NCBI GenBank assembly: GCA_963813715.1
Contig: CAWFAK010000006.1
Span: forward strand, 32,001-96,000
Direction of reading: 5' to 3'
Source of the DNA: an uncultured Planctomycetaceae bacterium
GTDB taxonomy: Bacteria > Planctomycetota > Planctomycetia > Planctomycetales > Planctomycetaceae
Length of the DNA stretch: 64,000 nucleotides
The notes beneath the pieces are model-generated. The model saw only the letters and a program-made list of their open reading frames with translations. It searched no databases and was not told the origin of the DNA. Positions 35,493-45,030 of the stretch are shown one piece after another. Made by a program: the position numbers and the translations under genes. Within the stretch, counting starts at the first letter, position 1, and the number at the start of each line of letters is the position of its first letter.

Positions 35493-35867
35493 ATGAACGT
35501 ATTAGAAACCGTAGCGGTCGGGCGGGTGCTGGAGGTTCACGTCACCGGCAAGCTGACCAAAGAGGCGTACCAGCAGTTTGTGCCGGCTGTCGACGCGCAG
35601 ATCCGCGAGCAGGGCAAGCTGCGAATCTTGTTCGTGATGAAAGACTTTCACGGCTGGACCGCGGGTGCCGTGTGGGAAGACCTCAAATTCGATCTCAAGC
35701 ATTGGAAGGACATCGAGCGGCTGGCCATCGTTGGCGACAAGAAGTGGGAACAGGGGATGGTCACCTTCTGCAAGCCGTTCACCAAAGCCGAAATCCGCTA
35801 CTTCGACATGGCCCAACTGGAAGACGCCCGGCAATGGCTGGGCGAGACGGCAGCCGCCAAAACCTGA
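35493..35867 (+). CDS. STAS/SEC14 (SpoIIAA-like) protein
   Basis: GKLTKEAY, FHGWTAGAVWEDLKFD, RLAIVGD, ARQWL. Confidence 0.9.
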   Translation: MNVLETVAVGRVLEVHVTGKLTKEAYQQFVPAVDAQIREQGKLRILFVMKDFHGWTAGAVWEDLKFDLKHWKDIERLAIVGDKKWEQGMVTFCKPFTKAEIRYFDMAQLEDARQWLGETAAAKT

Positions 35868-35922
35868 GGCGCGCAGCCGCACGGCCACATGACACGGCCA
35901 CGACGGCAGACGAGTTCCCACG

Positions 35923-37116
35923 ATGAGTCTTCACGCTGAGACGCAAAAGTTCAAAGAGCCTCAACGTCCCGACCGGTTGCGGGGCATGCGGCGCTGGGCG
36001 TCGTTGGCAGGTTTGGGGCTCGCTGCGTTCGGCGTCTCGTATCTGGTCTTTGCCGGCACGAGCTTTTTCGGCAGCCCGGCACCCAATCGGCCGACGCCGG
36101 CCGCCCGTTCGGGCATGGTCTGGATTCCCGGCGCCGAGTTCACGATGGGCACCGATTTGGATCTCGGCTGGGCGGAGGAAAAGCCGTCGCATCGTGTGCG
36201 GGTCGACGGCTTCTGGATGGACGAGACCGACGTCACCAACGCGCAGTTCCGCCGCTTTATCGAAGAGACCGGTTACGTCACCACCGCTGAGCGGCCGCCG
36301 AATGTGGACGAGATTCTCGCGCAGCTGCCCCCGGGCACACCACGGCCGCCCAAGGAAAACCTTGTCCCCGGATCGCTCGTCTTCACGCCCACCAAAGGGC
36401 CCGTGTCGCTCAAAGATTTCTCGCTGTGGTGGAAGTGGACGCCCGGTGCCAACTGGCGGCACCCGGAAGGCCCGGGCAGCGATCTGGCGGGCCGCGACGA
36501 TCATCCGGTCGTGCAGGTTTCCTGGGATGACGCCGTCGCGTACGCGAAGTGGGTCGGCAAGCGGCTGCCGACGGAGGCCGAGTGGGAATTCGCCGCTCGC
36601 GGCGGCCTGGACAACAAGCCCTACGTGTGGGGCGACGATCCGCCGACCGACACCAGCATTCGCGCGAACATCTGGCAGGGGGAGTTCCCGTACCAGAACA
36701 CGAGCCTCGATGGCTACGTGCGGACGAGCCCCGTGCGGGCCTTCCCCGCCAATGGGTACGGCCTTTACGACATGTCGGGCAATGTCTGGCAGTGGTGCAG
36801 CGACTGGTACCAGATCGATCTGTATCGCGAGCGGGTCGGCAAAGGGGTGGTCGTCAATCCGCACGGCCCCGAGAAGAGCTTCGACCCGCGGCAGCCCTAC
36901 AGCCCGCTGCGCGTGCAGAAAGGCGGCTCCTTCCTCTGCTGCGATTCCTACTGCACTCGTTACCGTCCGAGCGCGCGGCACGGGTGCACGCCCGACACCG
37001 GCATGTCGCACATGGGGTTTCGCTGCGTGCTGTCTGCGGAACCCGCCCCGGCGCGACGAAATAGCTTCAGCCATCAGAGGCAACCATGCGAGTTCAAACA
37101 AGAGGAACGATGCTGA
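35923..37116 (+). CDS. formylglycine-generating enzyme (sulfatase-modifying factor) with N-terminal membrane anchor
   Basis: HPVVQVSWDDA, RLPTEAEWEFAARGG, DMSGNVWQW, and catalytic Cys pair in GGSFLCCDSYCTRYR. Confidence 0.93.
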   Translation: MSLHAETQKFKEPQRPDRLRGMRRWASLAGLGLAAFGVSYLVFAGTSFFGSPAPNRPTPAARSGMVWIPGAEFTMGTDLDLGWAEEKPSHRVRVDGFWMDETDVTNAQFRRFIEETGYVTTAERPPNVDEILAQLPPGTPRPPKENLVPGSLVFTPTKGPVSLKDFSLWWKWTPGANWRHPEGPGSDLAGRDDHPVVQVSWDDAVAYAKWVGKRLPTEAEWEFAARGGLDNKPYVWGDDPPTDTSIRANIWQGEFPYQNTSLDGYVRTSPVRAFPANGYGLYDMSGNVWQWCSDWYQIDLYRERVGKGVVVNPHGPEKSFDPRQPYSPLRVQKGGSFLCCDSYCTRYRPSARHGCTPDTGMSHMGFRCVLSAEPAPARRNSFSHQRQPCEFKQEERC

Positions 37117-38186
37117 CCCGATGCGGCCGAATCTGGGCGGTCTGGGCCGCCTTTGCGCTGGCGACCCCTACGCTCGCCCCCCTTGCGCTCGCGACCGTTA
37201 CGCTCACCAACCTTGTCACGCCCGCCTTCGCTCAGGCCGACAAAACGGATCCCCTTCCCTCCTGGAACGAGGGGCCACGCAAGAGCGCGATCGTCGCGTT
37301 TGTCCAGGAAACGACCGACAAGGGCAGCCCGAAGTTCGTCCCGCTCGAGCAACGAATCGCCACCTTCGACATGGACGGCACGTTGTGGATCGAGCATCCG
37401 ATGTACACCCAGGTCGTCTATTGCCTCGACCGGGTGAAAGCGATCGTCAAACATCGGCCGCACCTCAAAGACATCGAGCCGTTCAAGACCGTGCTGTCCA
37501 GCAATCACGAAGCGATCTTCAAGCTGGGCTGGCACGAACTCGACAAAATTGTCGAGGCAACACTTTCCGGCATGTCGGTCAAAGAGTTCGATGTCGAGGT
37601 CTCGCACTGGCTGGAGACGGCCCGGCATCCGCGCTTCAAGCGACCGTACACGGACCTGATTTATCAACCGATGCTCGAAGTGCTGCGTTACTTTCGCGCC
37701 AACGGATTCAAGACGTACATCGTGACCGGCAGCGGCCAGGACTTCGTGCGTGTCTTTGCCGAAAAGACCTACGGCATTCCACCGGAACAGGTGATCGGCA
37801 GCGCGGGCGAGACCAAGTACGTGTATCGCAAGAACGGCGAGCCCGTGCTGATCAAAGAGCCGAAACTCGTCCTCAATGACAACAACGCCGGGAAGCCGGA
37901 GAGCATTCACCTCGTGATTGGTCGCCGCCCGCACGCGGCGTTCGGCAACTCGTCCGGCGATCGTCAGATGCTGGAGTACACGGGGGCGGGCGACGGCGCC
38001 CGCCTCATGATGCTCGTGCTGCACGACGACGCCGAGCGCGAGTACGCCTATGGACCGGCCGACGGCTTGCCGGAAAGCAAGGTCGGCACGTTTCCCCAAT
38101 CGCTCTACGACGAAGCCAAACAGCGCGGCTGGTCGGTCATCCACATGAAGACCGATTGGAAGCGCGTGTTCTCATTCGAGAAATAG
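37110..38186 (+). CDS. secreted HAD-family phosphatase
   Basis: Signal peptide; motif I FDMDGTLW, IVTGSG, AAFGNSSGD. Confidence 0.9.
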   Translation: MLTRCGRIWAVWAAFALATPTLAPLALATVTLTNLVTPAFAQADKTDPLPSWNEGPRKSAIVAFVQETTDKGSPKFVPLEQRIATFDMDGTLWIEHPMYTQVVYCLDRVKAIVKHRPHLKDIEPFKTVLSSNHEAIFKLGWHELDKIVEATLSGMSVKEFDVEVSHWLETARHPRFKRPYTDLIYQPMLEVLRYFRANGFKTYIVTGSGQDFVRVFAEKTYGIPPEQVIGSAGETKYVYRKNGEPVLIKEPKLVLNDNNAGKPESIHLVIGRRPHAAFGNSSGDRQMLEYTGAGDGARLMMLVLHDDAEREYAYGPADGLPESKVGTFPQSLYDEAKQRGWSVIHMKTDWKRVFSFEK

Positions 38187-38228
38187 TCGGGCGGATGTTC
38201 CGAACCGCCGTGACCCATGGTGTCTCAC

Positions 38229-38957
38229 ATGAATCGATACCTGACGATCCTGACCACACTGACCATCAGTCTGCCGGCTGTGCTGCTTGGAACAGCTCAA
38301 CCCGTGACGGCTGAGGAGTCGAGCCCGGTCACGGCCATCGACATCGTGCTCGAGCCCGACGCCACGATGGTCCGGCACGCCGCGGACGCCAATCAGCGCC
38401 TGCTCAAGGATTTCCCCAAGGGCTTCGCCTTGGGCAAGACGCATCACCCGCACATCTCCTGCCTGCAGCGGTACGTGAAGACGGCGGATCTCGACAAGGT
38501 GTACGAGGCCGTGGGCAAGGTCATCGCTGAGGACAACCCGGCCGCCTGGAAGCTGAAAGCATACAAGTACTACTACATCCCCTGGAAGGAAATCGGCCTC
38601 GCCGGGATTGTGATCGAGCCAACCGACGACCTCATCAAATACCAAAAGAAGCTAATCGACGCCGTCGCCCCGTTCACCGTGGAGACTGGGACCGCGACAG
38701 CCTTCGTCACCACGAAAGAAGACCCCGACATCAACCAGCCGACCATCGACTACGTGACGACGTTCGTGCCGAAGGAAACCGGCGAGAAGTTCAATCCGCA
38801 TGTGACGATCGGCCTCGCCACGCAGGACTACCTGAAGAAAATGCTGGACGAAAAGTTCGAGCCGTTCACGTTCTCGCCGACGGGGGCGTCTGTTTACCAC
38901 CTCGGTAACTTCGGGACGGCTCGGCAGCAACTGAAGACCTGGGAGTTGAAGCCCTGA
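38229..38957 (+). CDS. secreted 2H-phosphoesterase-like (2'-5' RNA ligase fold) protein
   Basis: Signal peptide and two Hx(S/T) motifs: PHIS and PHVT. Confidence 0.7.
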   Translation: MNRYLTILTTLTISLPAVLLGTAQPVTAEESSPVTAIDIVLEPDATMVRHAADANQRLLKDFPKGFALGKTHHPHISCLQRYVKTADLDKVYEAVGKVIAEDNPAAWKLKAYKYYYIPWKEIGLAGIVIEPTDDLIKYQKKLIDAVAPFTVETGTATAFVTTKEDPDINQPTIDYVTTFVPKETGEKFNPHVTIGLATQDYLKKMLDEKFEPFTFSPTGASVYHLGNFGTARQQLKTWELKP

Positions 38958-39089
38958 GGTCGTGTGTCGAGAGCGCAAGCTGAATCAGAGGCAAACCCAG
39001 TCCAAAGGAGCAATCAGGCCCAACGGAGTGGCATTCGGCCCGGAGCGCTTCGGGCCCTGAAGTCTTCACCACGCAACTGGAGGAAAAAC

Positions 39090-40982
39090 ATGCTGAGGAA
39101 CACGAAGGCTCAGATGATCGCCATGTTGGCGGTCGGTGGGCTGCTGGGCTACGCAGCGTCGTCGAGTCGGATCGACTTATTTCACAGCGCAAAGGCGGAG
39201 CCGTCCCGGCAAGGCGCGAAGGAAAAAACCGCAGGCATCGCCCCGCATCCGTCGACGTCGACCCTTGTCGCCGCCATCAAACCCGTCCCGAAAGAAGGCA
39301 CTTGCTGCGCGGCGGGCTCGGCCAAGAGCCGGCTTGTGGCGCTGGCCAACGTCGATGCCAAACTCGCCAGCCTGCAGGCCGACGGCAAGAAGCCGAACAT
39401 CCTGTTCATCATGGGAGACGACGTCGGTTGGTTTAACATCGGCGCGTACCACCAGGGCATCATGTCGGGGAAGACGCCGAACCTCGACAAGCTCGCCCAA
39501 GAGGGCATGCGGTTCACCGACTACTACGCCGAGGCCAGTTGCACGGCGGGTCGCGCCAACTTCATCACGGGCGAGATTCCGCTCCGCACCGGGCTGACGA
39601 CCGTCGGCCAGGCGGGCGCCGACGTCGGAATGCCGGCTCAGGCTTGCACGATCGCCACGGCCCTGAAAGCGCAGGGTTATGTCACTGGCCAATTCGGCAA
39701 GAACCACCTGGGTGACCTGAATAAATTCCTGCCCACCTTGCACGGCTTCGACGAATTCTTCGGCTATCTGTATCACCTCGACGCCATGTCCGACCCCTTC
39801 TGGTACTCGTTCCCCTCGGACCCGACTTTCTTCCAGACCTATGGGCCGCGCAACCTCGTGCATTGCTGGGCGACCGACACCGATGACGAGACGGTTATGC
39901 CTCGCTGGGGCAAAGTCGGCAAGCAGCGAGTCGTGGACGAAGGGCCTTTGCGTCCCTTCAAAAACATGGAAGGCCGCCAACACTGGCAGGTCGGACCCCC
40001 GGGTTCCAAGTACGACATGGAGACCTTTGACGAAGTGTTGGTCGAAAACACCAATCGCTTCATGGACGATGCCAAGAAAAGCGGAAAGCCGTTCTTTATT
40101 TGGCATAACACCACTCGGATGCACGTCTTTACGTTCCTGTCCCCGAAGTACCAGGAGTCGATGAATTACCAGACGAACTACGGCCTGGAAGAGGCGGGCA
40201 TGAAGCAGATGGACGATTCCATCGGCGCCATCATGAAACACCTGGACGACATCGGCGAGGCGGACAACACCCTCGTCGTCTTCAGCACCGACAACGGGGC
40301 CGAGGTGTTCACCTGGCCGGACGGCGGCATGACCCCGTTCAAGGCCACGAAGGGCACCGTCATGGAAGGCGGCTTCCGCGTGCCGTGCATCGCCCGCTGG
40401 CCGGGCAAGATCAAGCCCGGCACGATTCAGAACGGACTCTTTTCCGGTCTTGACTGGTTCCCCACCATGCTCGCCGCCGCGGGCAATCCCAACATCACCG
40501 ACGAACTCCTGAACGGCGTGAAGCTCGGGGATCGGACCTACAAGAACCACCTCGACGGCTACAACCAGTTGGACCTGCTGCTCGACAAAGGGCCGTCCAA
40601 GCGTCAAGAACTCTTCTATTTTGGCGGCCCGCATCTGGGTGCCGTCCGGATCGGCGATTTCAAGTACCAGTTCTACCAGCAACCACAAGGCTGGCCCGGA
40701 CCCAAAACCACGACGGACATGCCCACCATCGTCAATATCCGTCAGGATCCCTTCGAACGGACGCCGTCGATCGGTCAACAGAGCCTAAACGATCTCGGCG
40801 GGGGCTACATGAATGACTTCTATGCGCGTGAGTTTTGGAGGTTTGTGTTTGTGCAGAAAGAGGTGGCCAAACTTGCGCAGACCGCCATCAACTACCCGCC
40901 AATGCAGGACCCAGCTTCGTTCAACCTGGATGCGATAAAGAAGCAGATCGACGCGGTGATCAAGGCCCACCACGGCGACTAA
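39090..40982 (+). CDS. arylsulfatase (CTAGR type), secreted; paralog of 20723-22627
   Basis: KKPNILFIMGDDVG, SCTAGRANFITG, GKNHLG, TDNG, EGGFRVP. Confidence 0.95.
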   Translation: MLRNTKAQMIAMLAVGGLLGYAASSSRIDLFHSAKAEPSRQGAKEKTAGIAPHPSTSTLVAAIKPVPKEGTCCAAGSAKSRLVALANVDAKLASLQADGKKPNILFIMGDDVGWFNIGAYHQGIMSGKTPNLDKLAQEGMRFTDYYAEASCTAGRANFITGEIPLRTGLTTVGQAGADVGMPAQACTIATALKAQGYVTGQFGKNHLGDLNKFLPTLHGFDEFFGYLYHLDAMSDPFWYSFPSDPTFFQTYGPRNLVHCWATDTDDETVMPRWGKVGKQRVVDEGPLRPFKNMEGRQHWQVGPPGSKYDMETFDEVLVENTNRFMDDAKKSGKPFFIWHNTTRMHVFTFLSPKYQESMNYQTNYGLEEAGMKQMDDSIGAIMKHLDDIGEADNTLVVFSTDNGAEVFTWPDGGMTPFKATKGTVMEGGFRVPCIARWPGKIKPGTIQNGLFSGLDWFPTMLAAAGNPNITDELLNGVKLGDRTYKNHLDGYNQLDLLLDKGPSKRQELFYFGGPHLGAVRIGDFKYQFYQQPQGWPGPKTTTDMPTIVNIRQDPFERTPSIGQQSLNDLGGGYMNDFYAREFWRFVFVQKEVAKLAQTAINYPPMQDPASFNLDAIKKQIDAVIKAHHGD

Positions 40983-41149
40983 CAGATCGTTGCGATCGAG
41001 CGCCCCACACCGGGGCGCTCGTTCGCTGGCTGTTTCGTCAGCTCGTTCACCTGAGATCGCTTCAGTCTGTCACAGTTCGCTCCATACACATCTTTTCCGC
41101 ACGGCTCACTCGGAAGCCGTGCCAGTCTCAAACTTCGAGAGGGCTAAAC

Positions 41150-41740
41150 ATGTCGGCATCCCTAGGTCCGGGAGTCGGGCCGCTCGGCGCCAGCGCAATT
41201 CGGCACAGCTGGGGCTGGTTCCTGGCGCTCGGAATTCTCGAAATCATCTTGGGGACGCTGGCCATCGGTGCCACGCTGGTCGCCACCGTGGTGACGGTCG
41301 TCTTCTTCGGCTGGCTGCTGTTGATCGGCGGCATCTCGTCGGTGGTGCACGCCTTCTGGCGGAAGCACTGGCGAGGTTTTTTTCTCGACGTGCTGACCGG
41401 GGTGCTCTATGTCGTGGCCGGCTTTTTCATGGTGGTCGAGCCCCTGGCGGCGGCCGCCCCGCTCACGCTATTGATCGCCATGTTTCTGTTGATCGGAGGC
41501 ATCTTCCGTATCGTCGTCGCCCTGTCAGGTCACGTCGATCACTGGGTCTGGGTGCTGCTCAATGGCGTGGTGACGGCCGCTCTGGGCATCATGATCTGGA
41601 AGCAGTGGCCTTCGTCCGCCTTGTGGGTGATCGGCTTATTTATCGGCATCGAAATGATCTTCTACGGGTGGTCGCTGGTGATGTTAAGCTTGATTGCCAA
41701 GGGGGCCGTGGCGCCCGCCGCAGCGCCCGCCCGCACCTAA
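41150..41740 (+). CDS. HdeD/DUF308 family membrane protein
   Basis: Six short TMs; WGWFLALG...WPSSALWVIGLFIGIEMIFYG. Confidence 0.9.
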   Translation: MSASLGPGVGPLGASAIRHSWGWFLALGILEIILGTLAIGATLVATVVTVVFFGWLLLIGGISSVVHAFWRKHWRGFFLDVLTGVLYVVAGFFMVVEPLAAAAPLTLLIAMFLLIGGIFRIVVALSGHVDHWVWVLLNGVVTAALGIMIWKQWPSSALWVIGLFIGIEMIFYGWSLVMLSLIAKGAVAPAAAPART

Positions 41741-41825
41741 CGCACACGAAGGCCGATCCCACGAAATTAACTCCCGCGAAGACCAAACATCCGAGACTCG
41801 TTAACGGCTTTGGAGAGAAAACATC

Positions 41826-42869
41826 ATGCCCACGCATCTTTTAGCATTGGGGAGCGCCGCGTCGATCGCCCGGCGGCTGGCCCCGGCCTTCGCGGCCTTC
41901 GCCGTGTTCGCCGCATCGATCGCCGTGACCGCCGATGTATCGGTGGCTCAGCAGAAACAACCTGAGACGCAGCCTCCCCAACAAGCGCCGCCGACTCCAA
42001 GCGCGGCCCCCGGCTCCCCGGTGGAAAAAGCTGGCCCGGCCAACACCAACGAAGCGCACATCCGGGCCGGCGCCCAAGCATTCATCAAGGCGTTTAACGC
42101 GGGCGACGCCAAGGCACTCGCCGAGATGTGGACGGCCAACGGCACCATCGCCGACGAACAGGGCAACGTCTTCAAGGGCCGCAAGGCGATCGAAGAGCAG
42201 TACGCGGCCCTCTTCAAGGGGCATCCGGGCGTGCGAATGCAAATCGCCATCAAGTCGATCGACTTCCCCACGCCGACGACGGCAATCGAAGACGGCGTCA
42301 CTCAACTGATGACGAAAGACAGCGAACCGCCCTCGGCCGCCCGCTACACTGCGGTGCACGTGCATGAGGACGGCAAGTGGCTGATGGCCAGCGTCCGCGA
42401 AGCGGCGATGCCCGTCGCATCGAACTTCGCGCAGCTTCAAGAACTGGGCTGGCTCGTCGGCGAATGGGAGGCCAAGTCGGACGGCGTGACCGCTCACTCG
42501 CAAACTCGCTGGATCGCCAACAAGAGCTTTCTCCAGCGCACCTTCTCGGTCAATCGCGACGGGATGCAAGTCGCCTCGGGGATGCAGATCATCGGCTGGG
42601 ATCCGCGGAGCGAGCGGATCATCTCCTGGACCTTCGATTCGTCCGGAGGCCATGGCATGGGCGTCTGGAACGCGATGCCGGAAGGCTGGGGAATCGATTC
42701 GACCGGCGTGACGGCCGACGGCGTTCCCACGACGGCCAAGGATCACCTGATCCGCGTGCCCGGCGAGACCAACGTCTTCGGCTGGCGCTCGGTCGATCGC
42801 AAGCTGGGCGACATGAAAGTCCCGGACGTGCCCGAGGTCGTTTTCGATCGCGTTACCTCTAATAAGTAA
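41826..42869 (+). CDS. secreted SnoaL/NTF2-fold (SgcJ/EcaC-like) two-domain protein, paralog of 26724-27665
   Basis: FIKAFNAGDA, GRKAI, AIEDG, LQELGWLVGEW, GWDP...SWTFDSSGG. Confidence 0.85.
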   Translation: MPTHLLALGSAASIARRLAPAFAAFAVFAASIAVTADVSVAQQKQPETQPPQQAPPTPSAAPGSPVEKAGPANTNEAHIRAGAQAFIKAFNAGDAKALAEMWTANGTIADEQGNVFKGRKAIEEQYAALFKGHPGVRMQIAIKSIDFPTPTTAIEDGVTQLMTKDSEPPSAARYTAVHVHEDGKWLMASVREAAMPVASNFAQLQELGWLVGEWEAKSDGVTAHSQTRWIANKSFLQRTFSVNRDGMQVASGMQIIGWDPRSERIISWTFDSSGGHGMGVWNAMPEGWGIDSTGVTADGVPTTAKDHLIRVPGETNVFGWRSVDRKLGDMKVPDVPEVVFDRVTSNK

Positions 42870-42970
42870 TAACGACTGCGTGTGGACTGCCGGCGCCGTG
42901 TAATCCACGCGTCGGTCCTCCCATCGATCATTCGCAATCATTGGCAAATAATCGCATCAAGGCTCACTCA

Positions 42971-44266
42971 ATGAATCGTATGACGTTCAATCGAATGACG
43001 TTTTGTGTGGTGATGGCGTTGCTCGTCGCGGCGGAGCCGATCCAACAGGAAGCCTGCGCCCGCGGTTTTGGTGGCGGCTTCCACGGCGGAGGATTTGGCG
43101 GCGGTGGCTTCGGCGGGTACCGCGGAGGCGGATTCGGGGGCGGCTACCGCGGCTTCGGCGGAGGCAGCGTCGGCGATTTCCGCGGCGGTAATTACGGTGG
43201 CTTAGATCGGGGCGTCTTCGGCGGCGAAGGATTTCACCCGAATTACGGTGGATTCAACAGCTTCCGCAGCGGCGATGCCGACTTCGGCCAGCGGCAGTCG
43301 ATCGGCTATCGCGGCAATGACGTCGGCAGTTTCGACAACGGCGTGCGTAACACGGGCAACTGGGGTGGCGACGCCGGGCGTTGGAACGGCTCCGTGAATC
43401 GCGGCCAGCTCAACAGTTTTCTCGGACTGCCGACCGACGGCGGACTGGGAGCGGCCGGCAGCCGGTTCACTAACCGGGCCGCGCAGCCGGGAACATTTGC
43501 GAATCACGCCAGCTCGGACATGCAGAACCACAATCCGTACGGCACGCATCCCTGGTCGCAGACCTGGGCCCATTCGCAGGGGCACAACGTCCAGAATTGG
43601 GCCAACAATCATCCCAATGCCACCAACGCCTGGAATTCGTCGCACTCGTGGGCCTGGACGCCGGCCGGTGTCGACGCGGGCCTGTGGGCGGCGAGCGCCT
43701 GGGACTTCGCGGGCTGGCCAGGCCTGAGCAACTGGCTCGGCTGGGACAACGTCGTTTCGTATCCCTACAACTACGGCCAATACATCACCTACAACGGCGA
43801 CGACGTCTATTACGGTTCGCAACCGGCCGGCACGGTCGAGCAGTATTACCAGGAAGCCAGCAACCTGGCGGCAACTCCGGCCCCCGTCCAGACGTCCGCC
43901 AGCACCCCGCAATGGCTGCCCCTGGGCATTTTCGGCCTCGTTCAGGGACAGGACCAGAACCAGACCCCCACGCTGACCTTCCAGATCGCCATCGACAAGG
44001 CGGGGACGGTCCGCGGCAATTCGTCGAACCAATACAGCGACGTCCTGCCGATTCAGGGGGCCGTCGACAAGCGGACCCAGCGCGTCTGCTGGACTGTGGG
44101 GACGGACAAGACTACGGTCTATGACACCGGACTCGATAACCTCACAAAGAGCGAGTCGCCCATCCTGGTCCACACCGGACCCAAGCATACGCAGCAAGAA
44201 ATGCTCATCCGCTTGAAGCGGCCCGCCGCGCAGTCCGGCAACGGCGCCGTCAGTTCGACCAAGTAG
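42971..44266 (+). CDS. secreted Gly/Phe/Arg- and Trp/Asn-rich protein (planctomycete 'protocadherin-like' hypothetical)
   Basis: Signal peptide, GGFGG/YRGG repeats, QLNSFLGLP, YPYNYG, WLPLGIFGLV and a C-terminal beta domain. Confidence 0.75.
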   Translation: MNRMTFNRMTFCVVMALLVAAEPIQQEACARGFGGGFHGGGFGGGGFGGYRGGGFGGGYRGFGGGSVGDFRGGNYGGLDRGVFGGEGFHPNYGGFNSFRSGDADFGQRQSIGYRGNDVGSFDNGVRNTGNWGGDAGRWNGSVNRGQLNSFLGLPTDGGLGAAGSRFTNRAAQPGTFANHASSDMQNHNPYGTHPWSQTWAHSQGHNVQNWANNHPNATNAWNSSHSWAWTPAGVDAGLWAASAWDFAGWPGLSNWLGWDNVVSYPYNYGQYITYNGDDVYYGSQPAGTVEQYYQEASNLAATPAPVQTSASTPQWLPLGIFGLVQGQDQNQTPTLTFQIAIDKAGTVRGNSSNQYSDVLPIQGAVDKRTQRVCWTVGTDKTTVYDTGLDNLTKSESPILVHTGPKHTQQEMLIRLKRPAAQSGNGAVSSTK

Positions 44267-44313
44267 TGGCAGAGTCCAAGCCTGCCCCGCATCTTTGATT
44301 TGGAGATTCTCCC

Positions 44314-44958
44314 ATGCTCAAACCGTTCCCCATGATCTGCCTCACCGCCGCGACCATTCCCGTGGTCGGGGCCCTGCTCTGGGCTCAGAGCGATAAGCCG
44401 CCGCGCGAGGCTCACTCAACTCCCGTCGCGGTCGCGATGCAGGAATCCCGCCCGGCGGCTCCAGAGGGTGCTCAGTCCAAAACGAACGACGCCGGTTGGG
44501 TCGGCGTTATGGTCGAGGACAACAAGGGGCATGGTGTCCGCGTTGAAGGCGTCTTCCCCGGCGGACCGGCGGCATTTGCCGGCATCCGCCGCGGCGACGT
44601 CGTGCTCCGCGTCGGCAGCACCGAGATCAATTCGACGCAGGACGCCGAGACGGCCATCGAACACCTGGCGCCGCAACACGAGACTGCGGTGACCGTCGAG
44701 CGCAACCACAAAGCGGTCGAACTGAAGGTCATTCCGGGCAGCCTGACCGACTTCCGGCACGAGTACATGGCCGAAATGCTCCGACGCGACCCGCGCGATC
44801 CGAAGTTCGGCGCGCACCACGGAGTCAGCCCGGGGGACATGCAGTCCGAACTGGTTCGCCGACTCTTCGAGCAGAACGAGCGTTTGGACCGATCGATGAA
44901 CGAACTGACGAAGGAAGTGCACGCCCTGCGCAAGCAGGTGGCCGCGCTGCAGAAGTAG
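44314..44958 (+). CDS. secreted PDZ-domain protein with C-terminal coiled coil
   Basis: GWVGV...VFPGGPAAFAGIRRGDVV and a heptad-like tail. Confidence 0.85.
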   Translation: MLKPFPMICLTAATIPVVGALLWAQSDKPPREAHSTPVAVAMQESRPAAPEGAQSKTNDAGWVGVMVEDNKGHGVRVEGVFPGGPAAFAGIRRGDVVLRVGSTEINSTQDAETAIEHLAPQHETAVTVERNHKAVELKVIPGSLTDFRHEYMAEMLRRDPRDPKFGAHHGVSPGDMQSELVRRLFEQNERLDRSMNELTKEVHALRKQVAALQK

Positions 44959-45030
44959 TCGTCAACAGTTCGTCGCGATCCGGTTCGCCTTCGCTCCACG
45001 AATCCACTCACATGCAGAAAGCTGTCTGAA

